From the NCBI RefSeq assembly GCF_001194135.2, contig NC_068992.1:39595562-39636084 (forward strand): DNA of 40,523 nt, read 5' to 3'. The notes below the pieces were generated by a model, which saw nothing but the letters and a program-made list of their open reading frames with translations, was not told where the DNA came from and ran no database searches. Positions 23,135-34,747 of the stretch are shown here, piece by piece (position 1 is the first letter of the stretch; each line of letters opens with the position of its first letter). This DNA comes from Octopus bimaculoides (taxonomy: Eukaryota). The position numbers were made by a program, and so were the translations under genes.

Positions 23135-25001
23135 AAGCAGTTCTAAATGAAGTAAAAGCTAGAAGGAGAAAATCTAACAATAGTATAATATGATATAGGA
23201 AAGCCTTTGACATGGTTCCACGCTCATGAATAAATGAATGTTTGAGTATATTCAGTATAGCAAACAACATAAGAGAATTAATTCGCCGTAGCATGAAGAA
23301 ATGGAAAGAAGATCTCTACTCAGGTGACACAGTTTTAGGGAAAGTTAATATCAAAAGATGAATTTTCCAGGGGGACTCATTGCTCCCTTTAATATTTGTC
23401 CTATGTTTGATCCGCTTCAGATTAAGGAAGGCAAAGGCAGGATATAAGTTCAGAAATAGTAGGGGAAAAATTAACCATTTGCTCTACATTGATGATCTGA
23501 AGCATTTTAGTAAGAATGAAAAAGAGATAGATTCCTTAATGCAGACTAAGATTCTTCAGCAAAGATATAGGCATGGAATTTGGCATAGATAAGTGTGCAA
23601 TATTTGTTATGAGAAGGCGACGTCCAATTACCAGATGCCCAGACATTAAAATCATTGAAAGGAGGAGAGAGTTATAAGTATCTAGGAGTATTAGAATATG
23701 ACAGAGTACTAACTACAGAAATGAAAACGAAAATTGAGAAGGAATACATCAGAAGTGTGAAGAAGCTAATGAAGTCAAATCTAAATGGTCTGGATCAAGT
23801 GAAAGCTGCAAATACTTGGGCAGTATCATTACTTAGATACTTAGTGGCTCTTGTAGATTGGAAAAAAACTGAATTAGCAAAGCTAGGCAGAAACATTAGG
23901 AATTCAATTTGAATGGAGGACTCCACCCAAGAGCAGAAGTAGCAAGAGTATACCTACTTAGAAAGAAGGCGGAAGAGGGTTGATATCAATAGAAGACAGC
24001 GTGGAGTTAGCTAGAGTAGATATAAATTCCTATGTAGGTAATAGTGAAGAAAGTTTATTAAAAGCTGCTAGAATCAGAGCAAAACACAGGGAAGCCAAAA
24101 ATCCAAGCGAAGTTGAAAATCAGAAAAATGAGCAGAAATTATCTGGCTGACAGGAGAAGGCGTTGCATGGTAGATTCCAAAAGAGAGTTACAGTAAATAG
24201 TAGTAGTGAGACATGATTGTAATTTCAGAAAAGAAAGCTGAAGAGGGATACAGAAAGCTTGTTAGTAGCTGCATAAGATCAAGCATTAAGGACTAATTGG
24301 ATAAAAGCCAAGATACACTAAAACGAAGTAGATTCCCAATGTAGCAAATCAAAAGAGGAAAGCGTTACTCATATAGTAAGTGAATGTAGCATGCTGGCAC
24401 AAAAAGAATACAAGAAAAAACATGGCAATCTAGGGAGTGCAATCCATTGGGAGTTATGTAGAAAGCTAGGATTTGACCATACTTATAAACGGTATGAACA
24501 TGAATCTACTAAAGTACTAGAAAGTAAGAAATACAACATGTTGTGAGACTTAAACGTTCAGACTGAGAGAGTAATAGAAGCTAGAAGGCTTGATTTGGTA
24601 GTAGTAGTAGTAGATAAAGAAAATATAAAATGCCAGATAATTGAATTTACAGTCCCAAATGATAGAAAAGTTAATATGAGAAGTATAGAAAAAATAGCAA
24701 AGTACCAAGACCTAACCATTGAATTACAGAGACTATGGAAAATGTGGGTAAAATGTGTCCCAGTAGTTGGGAACTATCCCTAAAAATTTGAGCAGATGGA
24801 TAGAAGAAATAGTCATGAAACCCAGTTTAGTACGGCTCCAGAAAACAGTGTTATTAGGGACAGCTAGGATACTTAGGAGGATTCTTGAAATCTAAGGTTA
24901 CTTGATGTAACCAGTAGGAGGATTCTTGGCATCTAAGGCTACTAATTATAACCCAATATTAGGATTCTTTTCTTTTCCAGCAGTCTAATCTGTTGAGTGT
25001 A
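22437..25001 (+). pseudogene. 5'-truncated R4/Dong-like RLE retrotransposon (f)
   Basis: NYRPITCLQLVWKLLTG, YRKAFDMVP, FQGDSLLPLIF, NHLLYIDDLK, YKYLGVLE, CCHC remnant, RRLDLVVVDK, KYQDL, LQKTVLLGTARILRRIL; (TAA)n at 22371-22436 and 25002-25087. Confidence 0.9.
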
Positions 25002-25017
25002 TATGATGATGATGATG

Positions 25018-25081
<64 letters not shown>

Positions 25082-25087
25082 TAATAA

Positions 25088-25255
25088 TACTTTCTACTAT
25101 AGGCACAAGGCCCGAAATTTGGAATGAGGGGACTAGTCAATTACATCGATCCTATTGTTTCCCTGGTACTTAATTTATCGAACCTGAAAGGATGAAAGGC
25201 AGAGTAGACCTCGGTGGAATTTGAACTCAGAATCGGAAGAAATACCTCAAAGCAT
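25088..25255 (-). mobile_element. SINE family C copy with its tail on the (TAA)n tract
   Basis: TTTCTACTATAGGCACAAGGCC...GGAATTTGAACTCAGAA. Confidence 0.85.
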
Positions 25256-25259
25256 TAGC

Positions 25260-25395
25260 TTTTCAAATTTCAGCAACTTTTGATGGCATGGGATCAATAA
25301 ATACCAACGCCCTCAGTACATGACTGGTATCTTATTCTATCAACCTCTGGACGCATGAATGGCAACTTCGATCTCGGTAGTATTTGAATTCACAT
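25260..25395 (-). mobile_element. Degenerate SINE family C copy
   Basis: ACTGGTATCTTATTCTATC...GATCTCGGTAGTATTTGAATTCAC. Confidence 0.6.
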
Positions 25396-25473
25396 TATTA
25401 ATAATAATTTAGACGCAAGGATATCTTGAAGGAACATTCTACCAATCCAACACCTTTACTGCTATTACACCAT

Positions 25474-25940
25474 TATGATGATGATGATGATGATGAAGAT
25501 GATGATAGTAATGGTGATGATGGTGATGATGATAATGATGATGGTGGTGGTGATGATGATGACAACGACGATGATGATGAAGTTGGTAATGATGGTGATG
25601 ATGATGACGACGATGATGATGGTGATGATGATAGTAATGGTGATGATGGTGATAATGATGATGGTGGTGGTGATTGTGATGACGACGACGCTGGCGACAA
25701 CGATGACAACGACGATGATAATGAAGTTGGTAATGATGATGAGGATGATGGTGATGGTGATATCGACGACAACAACGACGATGAAGATAATAGTGACAGT
25801 GATGATATGATGGTGGAGATGACAATAGGGATGTTGATGATAATGAAACTAGCAACAACAACAACAACGATGATGGCGAGGCTGCTGCTGCTACTGCTGT
25901 TGATGATGATCATAATGATGATAATGATGATAATGATGAT
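25474..25940. repeat. Degenerate (GAT)n/(GAC)n/(GGT)n tract with a higher-order duplication
   Basis: Direct read; blocks recur near 25501 and 25627. Confidence 0.9.
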
Positions 25941-26407
25941 TATGGAGAAAACATTTGTTTTCTAGTCGTAATGAAATCGCTTGCAAAGCTTCAGGAAATG
26001 ACGAGGAACAAACCAAAATGTAAAAATAAACAGGAAAAAGAAAAAAAAAATCTATGTCTAGTTCAAAAATGGACAAATTCTCCCGCCAGATATCGTCTTG
26101 AACTAGAAATGGCATATTAAGTATAATATATCATTATTGGAGATATTTATCTCTGTTAAGTAGCTTAAAGGTTTTAAGTTCAGCTTACTGAGCATCTCGA
26201 TGAAATAGCCTAGACTCCCTTCTGTGATCTTTAACCCACGTCGTGGCTTAGATTTCCAGAAACACATTGCTTTATTGTTTGACGATGGCATTGTTTATCG
26301 GCTTGGTGTTTCTTGCGTAAAATCGAATCAATAGAAATCTAGTTTGGAGCTAATACAAAAGTCAAAATGTTAAAACAAAACATGACTTGTTATCTAAATA
26401 GAAATAA

Positions 26408-26800
26408 AGGCGCCAAGTTTACAGCGAACTGGCGGAAGGCAAGCGCACAGAAGGTAAACAGAAAAAGCTATTCAAGGACACACTCAAAGTGTCACTGAAG
26501 AGATTTGAGTTCAAACCTGATTCCTGGGGAATGCAAGCACAACTCCGCCCTACCTGCCGAAGATGGACTGACCTCCTACGACAACAACAAAATTGCAGGG
26601 GCACAAAAGAAAATGCGAACAACGCAAGCCCAAAGTCAACTCCGTGCCTTTGTCTCAACAGACTACCAGTGCCTGACTTGCGACAGAGGCTTCCAAGTAC
26701 ACATCGGGCTGATTGGCCACAGCTTGACACACCGTGGCCCGTCTTCTTTTTATTCCATGCGATGTCCTTGGTCATCGTCGACAGCGACGGACGAACTAAT
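26408..26800 (+). mobile_element. RTE (BovB-like) LINE 3' end
   Basis: YSELAEGKRTEGKQKKLFKDTLKVSLK; C2H2 CLTCDRGFQVHIGLIGHSLTH; tail GTCATCGTCGACAGCGACGGACGAAC. Confidence 0.88.
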
Positions 26801-27120
26801 AATGGCATCAATAAATCACAAAAAGAGACAATAAATCTGTCTAGGAATCTTTATAGTATCGTTAGCATATTGAAGAGATTTAACATTTATTGTTATCTAA
26901 TGTCTTCAGAGAAAGCCACTTTAATGACGACAATTTTTGTCAACATATTTTCTTTTATATCCAGATTGTTGTGGCTTGAGTCTCCTCTTTCTACTACTGT
27001 TGCTGCAGCTGCTGCTGCTGTTGTTGATGGTGGATGGCTTCAGATAAGCGCTAACCAATCATTATCTACCTGTGAGAATTTACAAAAAAAACAAAAACAA
27101 AAAAACAAAAAAACAAAAGA

Positions 27121-27275
27121 CGAAGACAGGTGTGTAAACAACAAACAGATGTATTAGTTTAACGCTCGGGAAGTGAGAAAGTCTTTAACGTTTCGCGCCT
27201 ACGCCCTTCGACGGAAAGGAACACAGAAATAAACAGGGAGAGAAAATAGAAAAAGGCTTAGTGGCTAGCGATCTA
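27121..27275 (-). mobile_element. Penelope-like terminal-repeat remnant
   Basis: Minus strand GTCGAAGGGCGTAGGCGCGAAACGTTAAAG: the GAAACG motif typical of PLE pLTRs. Confidence 0.55.
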
Positions 27276-27494
27276 TCCAGACACGACAGAAAAACTTCCC
27301 ATCTTTTACTTTGCCATTGATGTAGCGCTGGTGAAGTTAAACATGTGGTAACGGCATCTTCATGTAGCTACTGTCTTACCTTTTGCTTTCACTGAATATC
27401 ATGGTTTGGGCCGATGCACACCGTACATTTATTATTGAAAAGGTTTATCAATAATAGTGAATATAACGGTTTTGAACCTGTATAATCAAACATA

Positions 27495-27685
27495 TGCCAC
27501 AAAATCAACAATTTCTGGAGAGGGGCTAAGTCGATTACATTGGCCCCAGTGTTCAACAGGTACCTATTTTATCGATCCCGGAAGAATGAAAGGCAAAGTC
27601 GACCTCGGCGGAATTTGAACTCAGAGCATACAGACAGACAAAATGGTGCTAGGCATTTTGCCCGGCGTTCTAACGATTCGTCACC

Positions 27686-27688
<3 letters not shown>
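27495..27688 (-). mobile_element. SINE family C copy
   Basis: AGTCGATTACAT...GTCGACCTCGGCGGAATTTGAACTCAGA...CACCTTA, followed by (AAT)n. Confidence 0.88.

Positions 27689-27762
<74 letters not shown>
27689..27762. repeat. (AAT)n tract between a SINE C head and a Tx1 3' end
   Basis: Direct read. Confidence 0.97.
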
Positions 27763-27763
27763 T

Positions 27764-28450
27764 GATACTTGTTTTATTGACCACAAGGGCTAATATAAAT
27801 TTTAAATATGTAAGGACAAAGACAGGACGGAGGTTACAAAGGGTTTTGTTATATCAGCGAATGATATAACAAGTAAAACTACTCCCAATAGGGGGAGGCG
27901 CTTTGAAAGGTTACACGTGGAAAAACCCATAAAAGCCACGGGAGCCTGGTCAGAAGGGGTATAGAGCGCCTTCTTTTATATTACCTTTTTTTTCAGGTGT
28001 AGCCTCAGAATTGGTCCGTTCATACTGGCCATTTTTCCAACAGTCACTCACCTTTCAACAAATTTGCTACGAGACAGCACTTCCCTCTCTATTCTGATCT
28101 TCCTTTTCAAGTGGAACTTGAAAAAGTTGATGAGGCCTTGGTCAAAGAGGAAAGTGTCTGACTTCAGCCCTTTCAAGCGGGTCTACCATACCACCTCTTT
28201 CGCTACAGCCACTAGACATAGGAAAATTGCCTTGCCCTTCCGGTTAAAGGAGGTCGGTGGGTCAATCTTCACGATGGATTCAGCTGATAGCCGGATCCGT
28301 CCTACACGTGACAGTAGCTGTTCGACATAAACCCACAGGTCAGCAATACTCGGACACTGGACGAGTGTGTGCAGAACGGTTTCGTCGTCCTGAGTGTGCC
28401 TCGGGTAGGCCTGGCTGACGGCACTTCCGTGCCAGTAGAACTGACTCATG
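27764..28450 (-). mobile_element. Second Tx1/L1-clade LINE: 3' end of ORF2 plus UTR
   Basis: DETVLHTLVQCPSIADLWVYVEQLLSRVGRIRLSAESIVKIDPP...HLKRKIRIER, homologous to 3170-3565. Confidence 0.92.
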
Positions 28451-28454
28451 TAAT

Positions 28455-28560
28455 TGCTTTTTAACCTGGTACTTATTCTATCATTTTCTATTGCCGATCT
28501 GCAAGGTTACGAGGACGTACACACATTAACACTGGTTGTCAAGCGGTGGTGGGGAACAAA
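28455..28560 (-). mobile_element. SINE family A tail-half fragment
   Basis: CTGGTACTTATTCTATC...GTTACGAGGACGTACAC...GTTGTCAAGCG. Confidence 0.8.
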
Positions 28561-28675
28561 CACAAACACAAAGGCTCACACACATACACACACACACACG
28601 CACGCACGCACGCTCGCACACACAGACACACATCTATATCTATCTATCTATATATATATATATATATACATGCAT

Positions 28676-28756
<81 letters not shown>

Positions 28757-28761
<5 letters not shown>

Positions 28762-29007
28762 AGGCGCAATGGCCTAGCGGTTAGAGCAGAGGACTCGCGG
28801 TCTCGATTCCCAGACCGGGCATTGTGAGTGTTTATTGAGTGAAAACACTTAAAGCTCCATGAAGCGCCGGCAGGGGGTGGGGAATGGCGTACCCTGCTGT
28901 ACTCTTTCACCACAACTTGCTCTCACTCTTTCTTCCTGTTTCTGTTGCACCTGTATTTCAAAGGGGCCAGCCTTGTCGCACTCTGTGTCACACTGAATCT
29001 CCCCGAG
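28757..29007 (+). mobile_element. SINE family B (tRNA-derived), truncated by a gap
   Basis: GGAGGCGCAATGGCCTAGCGGTTAG A box; colinear with the 36432 copy. Confidence 0.9.
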
Positions 29008-29101
29008 NNNNNNNNNNNNNNNNNNNNNNNNNNNNNNNNNNNNNNNNNNNNNNNNNNNNNNNNNNNNNNNNNNNNNNNNNNNNNNNNNNNNNNNNNNNNN
29101 N

Positions 29102-29154
<53 letters not shown>

Positions 29155-29267
29155 CATATATTAATATGTGGTATTAGGGAAAATTAATTTAATTTTAATT
29201 GAGTTTTTACCCGTAAATTTGGATTTTATCCCTAATATTATTATTATATATACATATATATATATAA

Positions 29268-29395
29268 CGAGCTTCCGTCAACCAAATCCACTCACAAGGC
29301 ATTCGCTAGCCTGGGGTTATAGTAGAAAACACTTACCCAAAGTGTCACGCAGTAGGACTGAACCTGGATCCATGTGGTTGAGCATCCACGATTGC
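29268..29395 (-). mobile_element. SINE family A head fragment
   Basis: AAATCCACTCACAAGGCATT...TATAGTAGAAAACACTTACCCAAAGTGTCACGCAGTAGGACTGAACC. Confidence 0.82.
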
Positions 29396-30793
29396 GACTG
29401 AGACGTATTTTATAAACCTGTGGGTACTGTTGGATTAAATCCACCCCAGGATTTGTTCCCTCTTCCACAGAATGAAGTGTGTCTTAATGGTTCTGGCGGA
29501 ATTTCATATCCGAGAAATCACAAAACAAATACTTCGAACTGACTTGTTAACATCGCAAGAAAAGAAGAAAAAAATCAGCTGATGTCTTATATATATACTC
29601 TCCTGGAATATGACTGCAGGTTATTTTACTCGTCTACTAGATTCAGTCTTTCACCTGTAGCTATGCTAAGGCATCTTCTTGAAGGGTGTGGCAGGTGGAT
29701 TGTCATTTGACCCCATATGATAAAATGTGGAACGCATACTTTGAGTTTTCAGCACAAAATGTACACCCTGATCATAGACTCATAATTGAACGTTGACAGT
29801 AAACCTTTGTCCCACAGTAAAAAGTCACCTCTAAACAGAAATTTGGTGACCAATCACTTACGTCACACCAGAAACAGAAAACTAACCGATAGGCAAAGAT
29901 GAAGAAACTTCGGTTTTAGAAACAGTATTTACATCCTTATGTAACCTTAATTCCTTTTAGAATCGATAAAATATAGTACCAGTGAAGTACTTGGGTCGAT
30001 TGCATCACTAGACGCCGTACCAGCAAAACTGTTATTAAATCCTAATGGAAACAGTAAGGAAGCTTACAAGTTCTTGCTTAACCTGTAGGAGAAAGGGCAA
30101 GGCCTAGGAAAATCTTCAGGGCCTAATACGACGAAGGTATCCCTAAAGCAGGGCCTGGAACAAATGCTTATATGAGTGTGATCCCTTCTAATAAAGACAT
30201 CCAAGGTACGGGAGATGGCGTTAAAGCAGATGACAGAGTAAGTCGTCAACCAACAAAGTAAGTTATGACGGAATCTGAAGTCAGAATGCGAAGAACCAGC
30301 ACAAATATTACAAAGAATTTCGACCGATACTCTAACGATTCCGCCATTCCTTCCTCTGTTCTATAGATGCATTTTATTTTATCGATTCCGACGAAGATGA
30401 CCTTACAGAATTTGAAACCTGAAAGCGAAGGAACATTCTTAATACTGGACAACGTTCTGATCGATCCTTCAGCAGCCTCTGTTAATTCAATGCTATGATA
30501 TAGGACCGCAAAATGTGATTGTTGTCTTGTAAACAGAACCACATACTCGATAATATGTCCCCAGATACATTTCGTCCGAGATAAACCCCGTGATGTTCAC
30601 AATTCTTCGAATTTACTAAGAAGCAAAGTATATTTCTTGTCATACCTACCGTCTTATAAAGCATACATTGGATAACGTAGACCTAGATAGACTTAGTCAG
30701 CAGAGTGTCTTTGTTATTTTAGCTATCGTTTTATGAACAAAAGCACCTATTGTATAATGTAGTCTTTGATACACTTTGCCCAAGACAAAAGAT

Positions 30794-30903
30794 ATGAAAT
30801 TCACGGTTGGAATACTCTTGGTTATAGTTTTCCTTAGCCAGGCTCATTTCAGATCTCAACGCACAATGGTGGAATATGCTTTTATGGCAAAACATCAGAC
30901 CAG
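30794..30903 (+). CDS. Candidate first coding exon of a secreted protein: MKFTVGILLVIVFLSQA-HFRSQRTMVEYAFMAKHQT
   Basis: Signal-peptide-like sequence; consensus CAG|GTGAGT donor at 30904; acceptor at 30721-30722. Alternative: a 66-nt internal exon from 30838. Confidence 0.5.
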
Positions 30904-31421
30904 GTGAGTCTAAATTACGTGAAATAACATTCGGAAACAAATTTAAATGTCTGTGGAAATAATTGAGAGAACATTAAAAGAAAAATATACTAAAACATGA
31001 ACAGATATGTTCAAAGAACAAATTCTTATGGAAAGAACTATCAGCACCAACCATGGTAACAAAAGAATGGACGTCTTATAAATAGACCTGAGGCACAAAA
31101 CCAAAGCACACAACGTCACTTACTGAAGAATTATAAAATGAAATACAATTACGAATTATTCCAACTAAACCAAAGCCAACATTATTTGGCCTGTAGGGAA
31201 AAAAATATCAAAAGAATTCAGTATTTGAAAATACATAGATTATTCTTTTTGAGAAAAAAAAAAGAAAGATAGAAAGAAAGAAAAAGTATTCTTAGTTGAA
31301 AAATAAATGGAAAAATTGATGAAAAATAATTCAGTGTACAATAAAGCACTCGTCTAAGTTCATATAATCAGCTTGGACGGGATTTCTTTTTATGCGAGTG
31401 CTTCAGGTATTTCAAGAGAGG

Positions 31422-31770
31422 ATACATACATACATACATACATACATACATACATACATACATGCATACATGCATACATACATACATACATACATACATG
31501 CATACATACATGCATGCATACATACATGCATGCATACATACATACATACATACATGCATACATACATGCATACATACATACATGCATACATACATGCATA
31601 CATACATACATGCATACATACATACATGCATACAGGCATATATATATACATACAGGCATACATACATACATACATATATACATACCTACATACACACACA
31701 TACACACATACATACATACACATATATACACATATATATACATACATACATACATGCATGTATACATGCA
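31422..31770. repeat. (TACA)n/(TGCA) compound microsatellite
   Basis: Direct read. Confidence 0.96.
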
Positions 31771-31779
31771 TATCATATA

Positions 31780-31865
31780 TGTAGCTGTGTGGTAAGAGGT
31801 TTGCTTCTCAACTGCTTACTTCCGGACTCAGTCCCACTGCGTGACACCTTGTCCGACCAAAGCCT
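31780..31865 (+). mobile_element. SINE family A head fragment
   Basis: GCTGTGTGGTAAGA...CAGTCCCACTGCGTGACACCTTG. Confidence 0.75.
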
Positions 31866-31883
31866 TTTATTCACACACACACA

Positions 31884-32095
31884 TACACGAGGGAATGCTG
31901 AAAAGTTCCTGGCTTTGGGTAAAAGAAAATACAGGAGCATTAGTCAATTACGATTTTATCCAACATATTCTTTTCTTTGATTCACACACTTATTGGAGCG
32001 TCCCTTCAGTTTTTCTAAGCCCTGTAAAAAAGAACGCAGAAGGTTGGACTTCCAATCAGGCCTTTCCCGATACCCTTACAAGCCAGGAACGTCTA
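31884..32095. mobile_element. Mariner-like terminal fragment
   Basis: TA|CACGAGGGAATGCTGAAAAGTTCCTGGC resembles mariner TIRs. Confidence 0.6.
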
Positions 32096-32103
32096 AGCAC
32101 CCG

Positions 32104-32134
<31 letters not shown>

Positions 32135-32202
32135 NNNNNNNNNNGTTGAAATTGCTGGCGTTGTGCTAAGTATTCAAATCAATATTATTGTTTTACATAA
32201 GT

Positions 32203-32231
32203 TATCAATACTAGCAGCAGTAGCAGCAGTT

Positions 32232-32323
<92 letters not shown>

Positions 32324-32366
32324 AAGAAGAAGAAGAAGAAGAAGAAGAAGAAGAAGAAGAAGAAGA
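32203..32366. repeat. (GTA)n(GAA)n compound microsatellite
   Basis: Direct read. Confidence 0.96.
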
Positions 32367-32755
32367 AATAAAGACGACAACGGGGAAGAGATGTGTTCTG
32401 GTCGGATGAGAAGGAAACGAAGAAGAAGAAAAAGAAGAAGTAGAGGAGAAGGAGAAGGAGAAAGACGAAGAAGAGGAGAAGGAAAAAGACGAAGAAGAAA
32501 TGAAGAGGTAAAAGAAGAAACTACAACGAAGATGACGACCAAGAGAAGAAATATGAAGGCGGATTGTAGTTGAAGGAGACTAGTTGAAGAAGACGCTGAA
32601 GAAGGAGACGACGCTGAGGAAGGAGACGAAGAATCAATCGAAAAAGAAGGGGAAGAAGAAGAAAGATAGTTGTTGAAGAAAACATAGAATATAACAGGAA
32701 GGTGTATACACACACGTACATAGATACATACATACATACATGCATACATGCATAC

Positions 32756-32832
<77 letters not shown>

Positions 32833-32997
32833 ATATATATATATATANNNNNNNNNNNNNNNNNNNNNNNNNNNNNNNNNNNNNNNNNNNNNNNNNNNNN
32901 NNNNNNNNNNNNNNNNNNNNNNNNNNNNNNNNNNNNNNNNNNNNNNNNNNNNNNNNNNNNNNNNNNNNNNNNNNNNNNNNNNNNNNNNNNATATACA

Positions 32998-33057
<60 letters not shown>

Positions 33058-33086
33058 CATTTATATATATATATATACACACATAC

Positions 33087-33163
<77 letters not shown>

Positions 33164-33747
33164 ATATATATATATATAAATTCTTTATGCGTGTATATAT
33201 GTATAGGATGTTCCGTAATGGGATGATACATTGGGAGACCTTTCCGTGCCCTCATGTCAAGTTGATGCTTCAGCCATTATTACGAAATATATCGCATTAA
33301 CAGAAAAATCTATCGACCAGTGTTGAACTCTTGTATCTTATTATCAACATTTCGAACAATCATTCCAAACTATAAATTATTTTGGTTGCTTGCAGCATTC
33401 TGAATCTCAAAATGCGATTCTTCCAGGAGAAATGTAATTGTCTTCCACCAGAAATAAAATTTTCTTCCTATAAATGTTTGTAACAGAATGAGACAATTTT
33501 AATTATGCATCAGCCAAGAATACGTTTTCACACTGTTGATGTTGCTGTTGTTGTAGAAGGATTCTCGATGCAGTTACTTGATCAGCCAGAAACAACAGTC
33601 AAATCTCTCATATCACATTCTGATGTTTTTCAGATATTCTTATAGGATAATGCAGACCTGATAATACTATAACTAATACCTAAGATAGTAATTGTTACAG
33701 CACGATCAAATTTGTTTTTCGGTCTGTTGCGTTCGTGTTTTATTCAG

Positions 33748-33824
33748 AATTGGCTGCGCACTCAAACAGTTGAGTGTTCGGTTCCACTGGGTTGCGCATT
33801 TAAATTTTATTGATGGCAAATAAA
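33748..33824 (+). CDS. Candidate terminal exon (NWLRTQTVECSVPLGCAFKFY* or IGCALKQLSVRFHWVAHLNFIDGK*)
   Basis: Acceptor GTGTTTTATTCAG; AATAAA at 33819-33824. Confidence 0.25.
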
Positions 33825-34074
33825 ACCTGTTCTCCCTGACATCGATGAAATATACAACCATAATATAGTTATTGTTTAGCCTTTAGTCAGAAATGATTCA
33901 GTGGAACTGAAAGCCAAGACGTTTATGTAATTTTTCCCATGTATTGTACACGAAAGTCTAAATCAACCAACGTAGCTATTCACCTCTTCGGCAATTAAAC
34001 CATTCCCAGCTGTCTTATTAAGTGGCTATAATGTTCGTACGAATGTATGTGTGTATGTATGTATATATACATAC

Positions 34075-34278
34075 ATGTATGTGTCTGTGTTTGTCCCTCG
34101 TCATCGCTTAACAACCGATGCTGGTGTGTTTACGTCCCCGTAGCCCAGTGGTTCGACAAAAGACACCGATACAGTAAGCTCTCGGCTTACAAAGAATAAG
34201 TCCTGGGGTCGATTTGTTCGACTAAAGGTGGTGCTCTAGCATGGCCGCAGTCAAAGACTGAAACAAGTAAAAGAAAGA
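34075..34278 (+). mobile_element. SINE family A tail half
   Basis: Closely similar to 13630-13828. Confidence 0.9.
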
Positions 34279-34299
34279 CTATGCATGTATGTATGTGTG

Positions 34300-34359
<60 letters not shown>

Positions 34360-34562
34360 GTCTGTCTGTCTCTGTCCATCTATCTATGTGTCTGTCTATC
34401 CATGGAAGAGTAGTACTGTGGAATGTAAAGTCTTTGGAGTTTAAACACGCGGAACCCTCGCTGACTATTGTCTTCATGGCTGATGAGAGGACTTCCATGT
34501 TTGGCTTTGGCTTTTAAAGTTAATCATCTCCATATCCTAGTTCGATTTTTTGTCATATTCAT

Positions 34563-34608
<46 letters not shown>

Positions 34609-34716
34609 ACACACACAAACACACACATACATATAATTTGCTTGAAGATATTGTGCACCTGCAGGTGAGAATCAGAGTAACAAGAGACTGACTCGACCAA
34701 AATGAAATTATACACA

Positions 34717-34747
<31 letters not shown>

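Noticed and set aside
26103-26291. LRR-like motif LTEINISNNDIL in a minus-strand ORF
   Set aside because: Single motif, no second repeat, no convincing splice sites
29471-29612. Strong acceptor followed by a 46-codon ORF (MKCVLMVLAEFH...)
   Set aside because: No homology, no donor before the stop, no corroborating feature
30068-30082. 15-nt minus-strand microexon candidate (CAG|GTTAAGCAAGAACTT|GTAAGC)
   Set aside because: Weak exonic donor context; such matches are expected by chance in 40 kb
30060-30125. G-patch-like EKGQGLGK
   Set aside because: In-frame stop directly before it and the rest of the motif is missing
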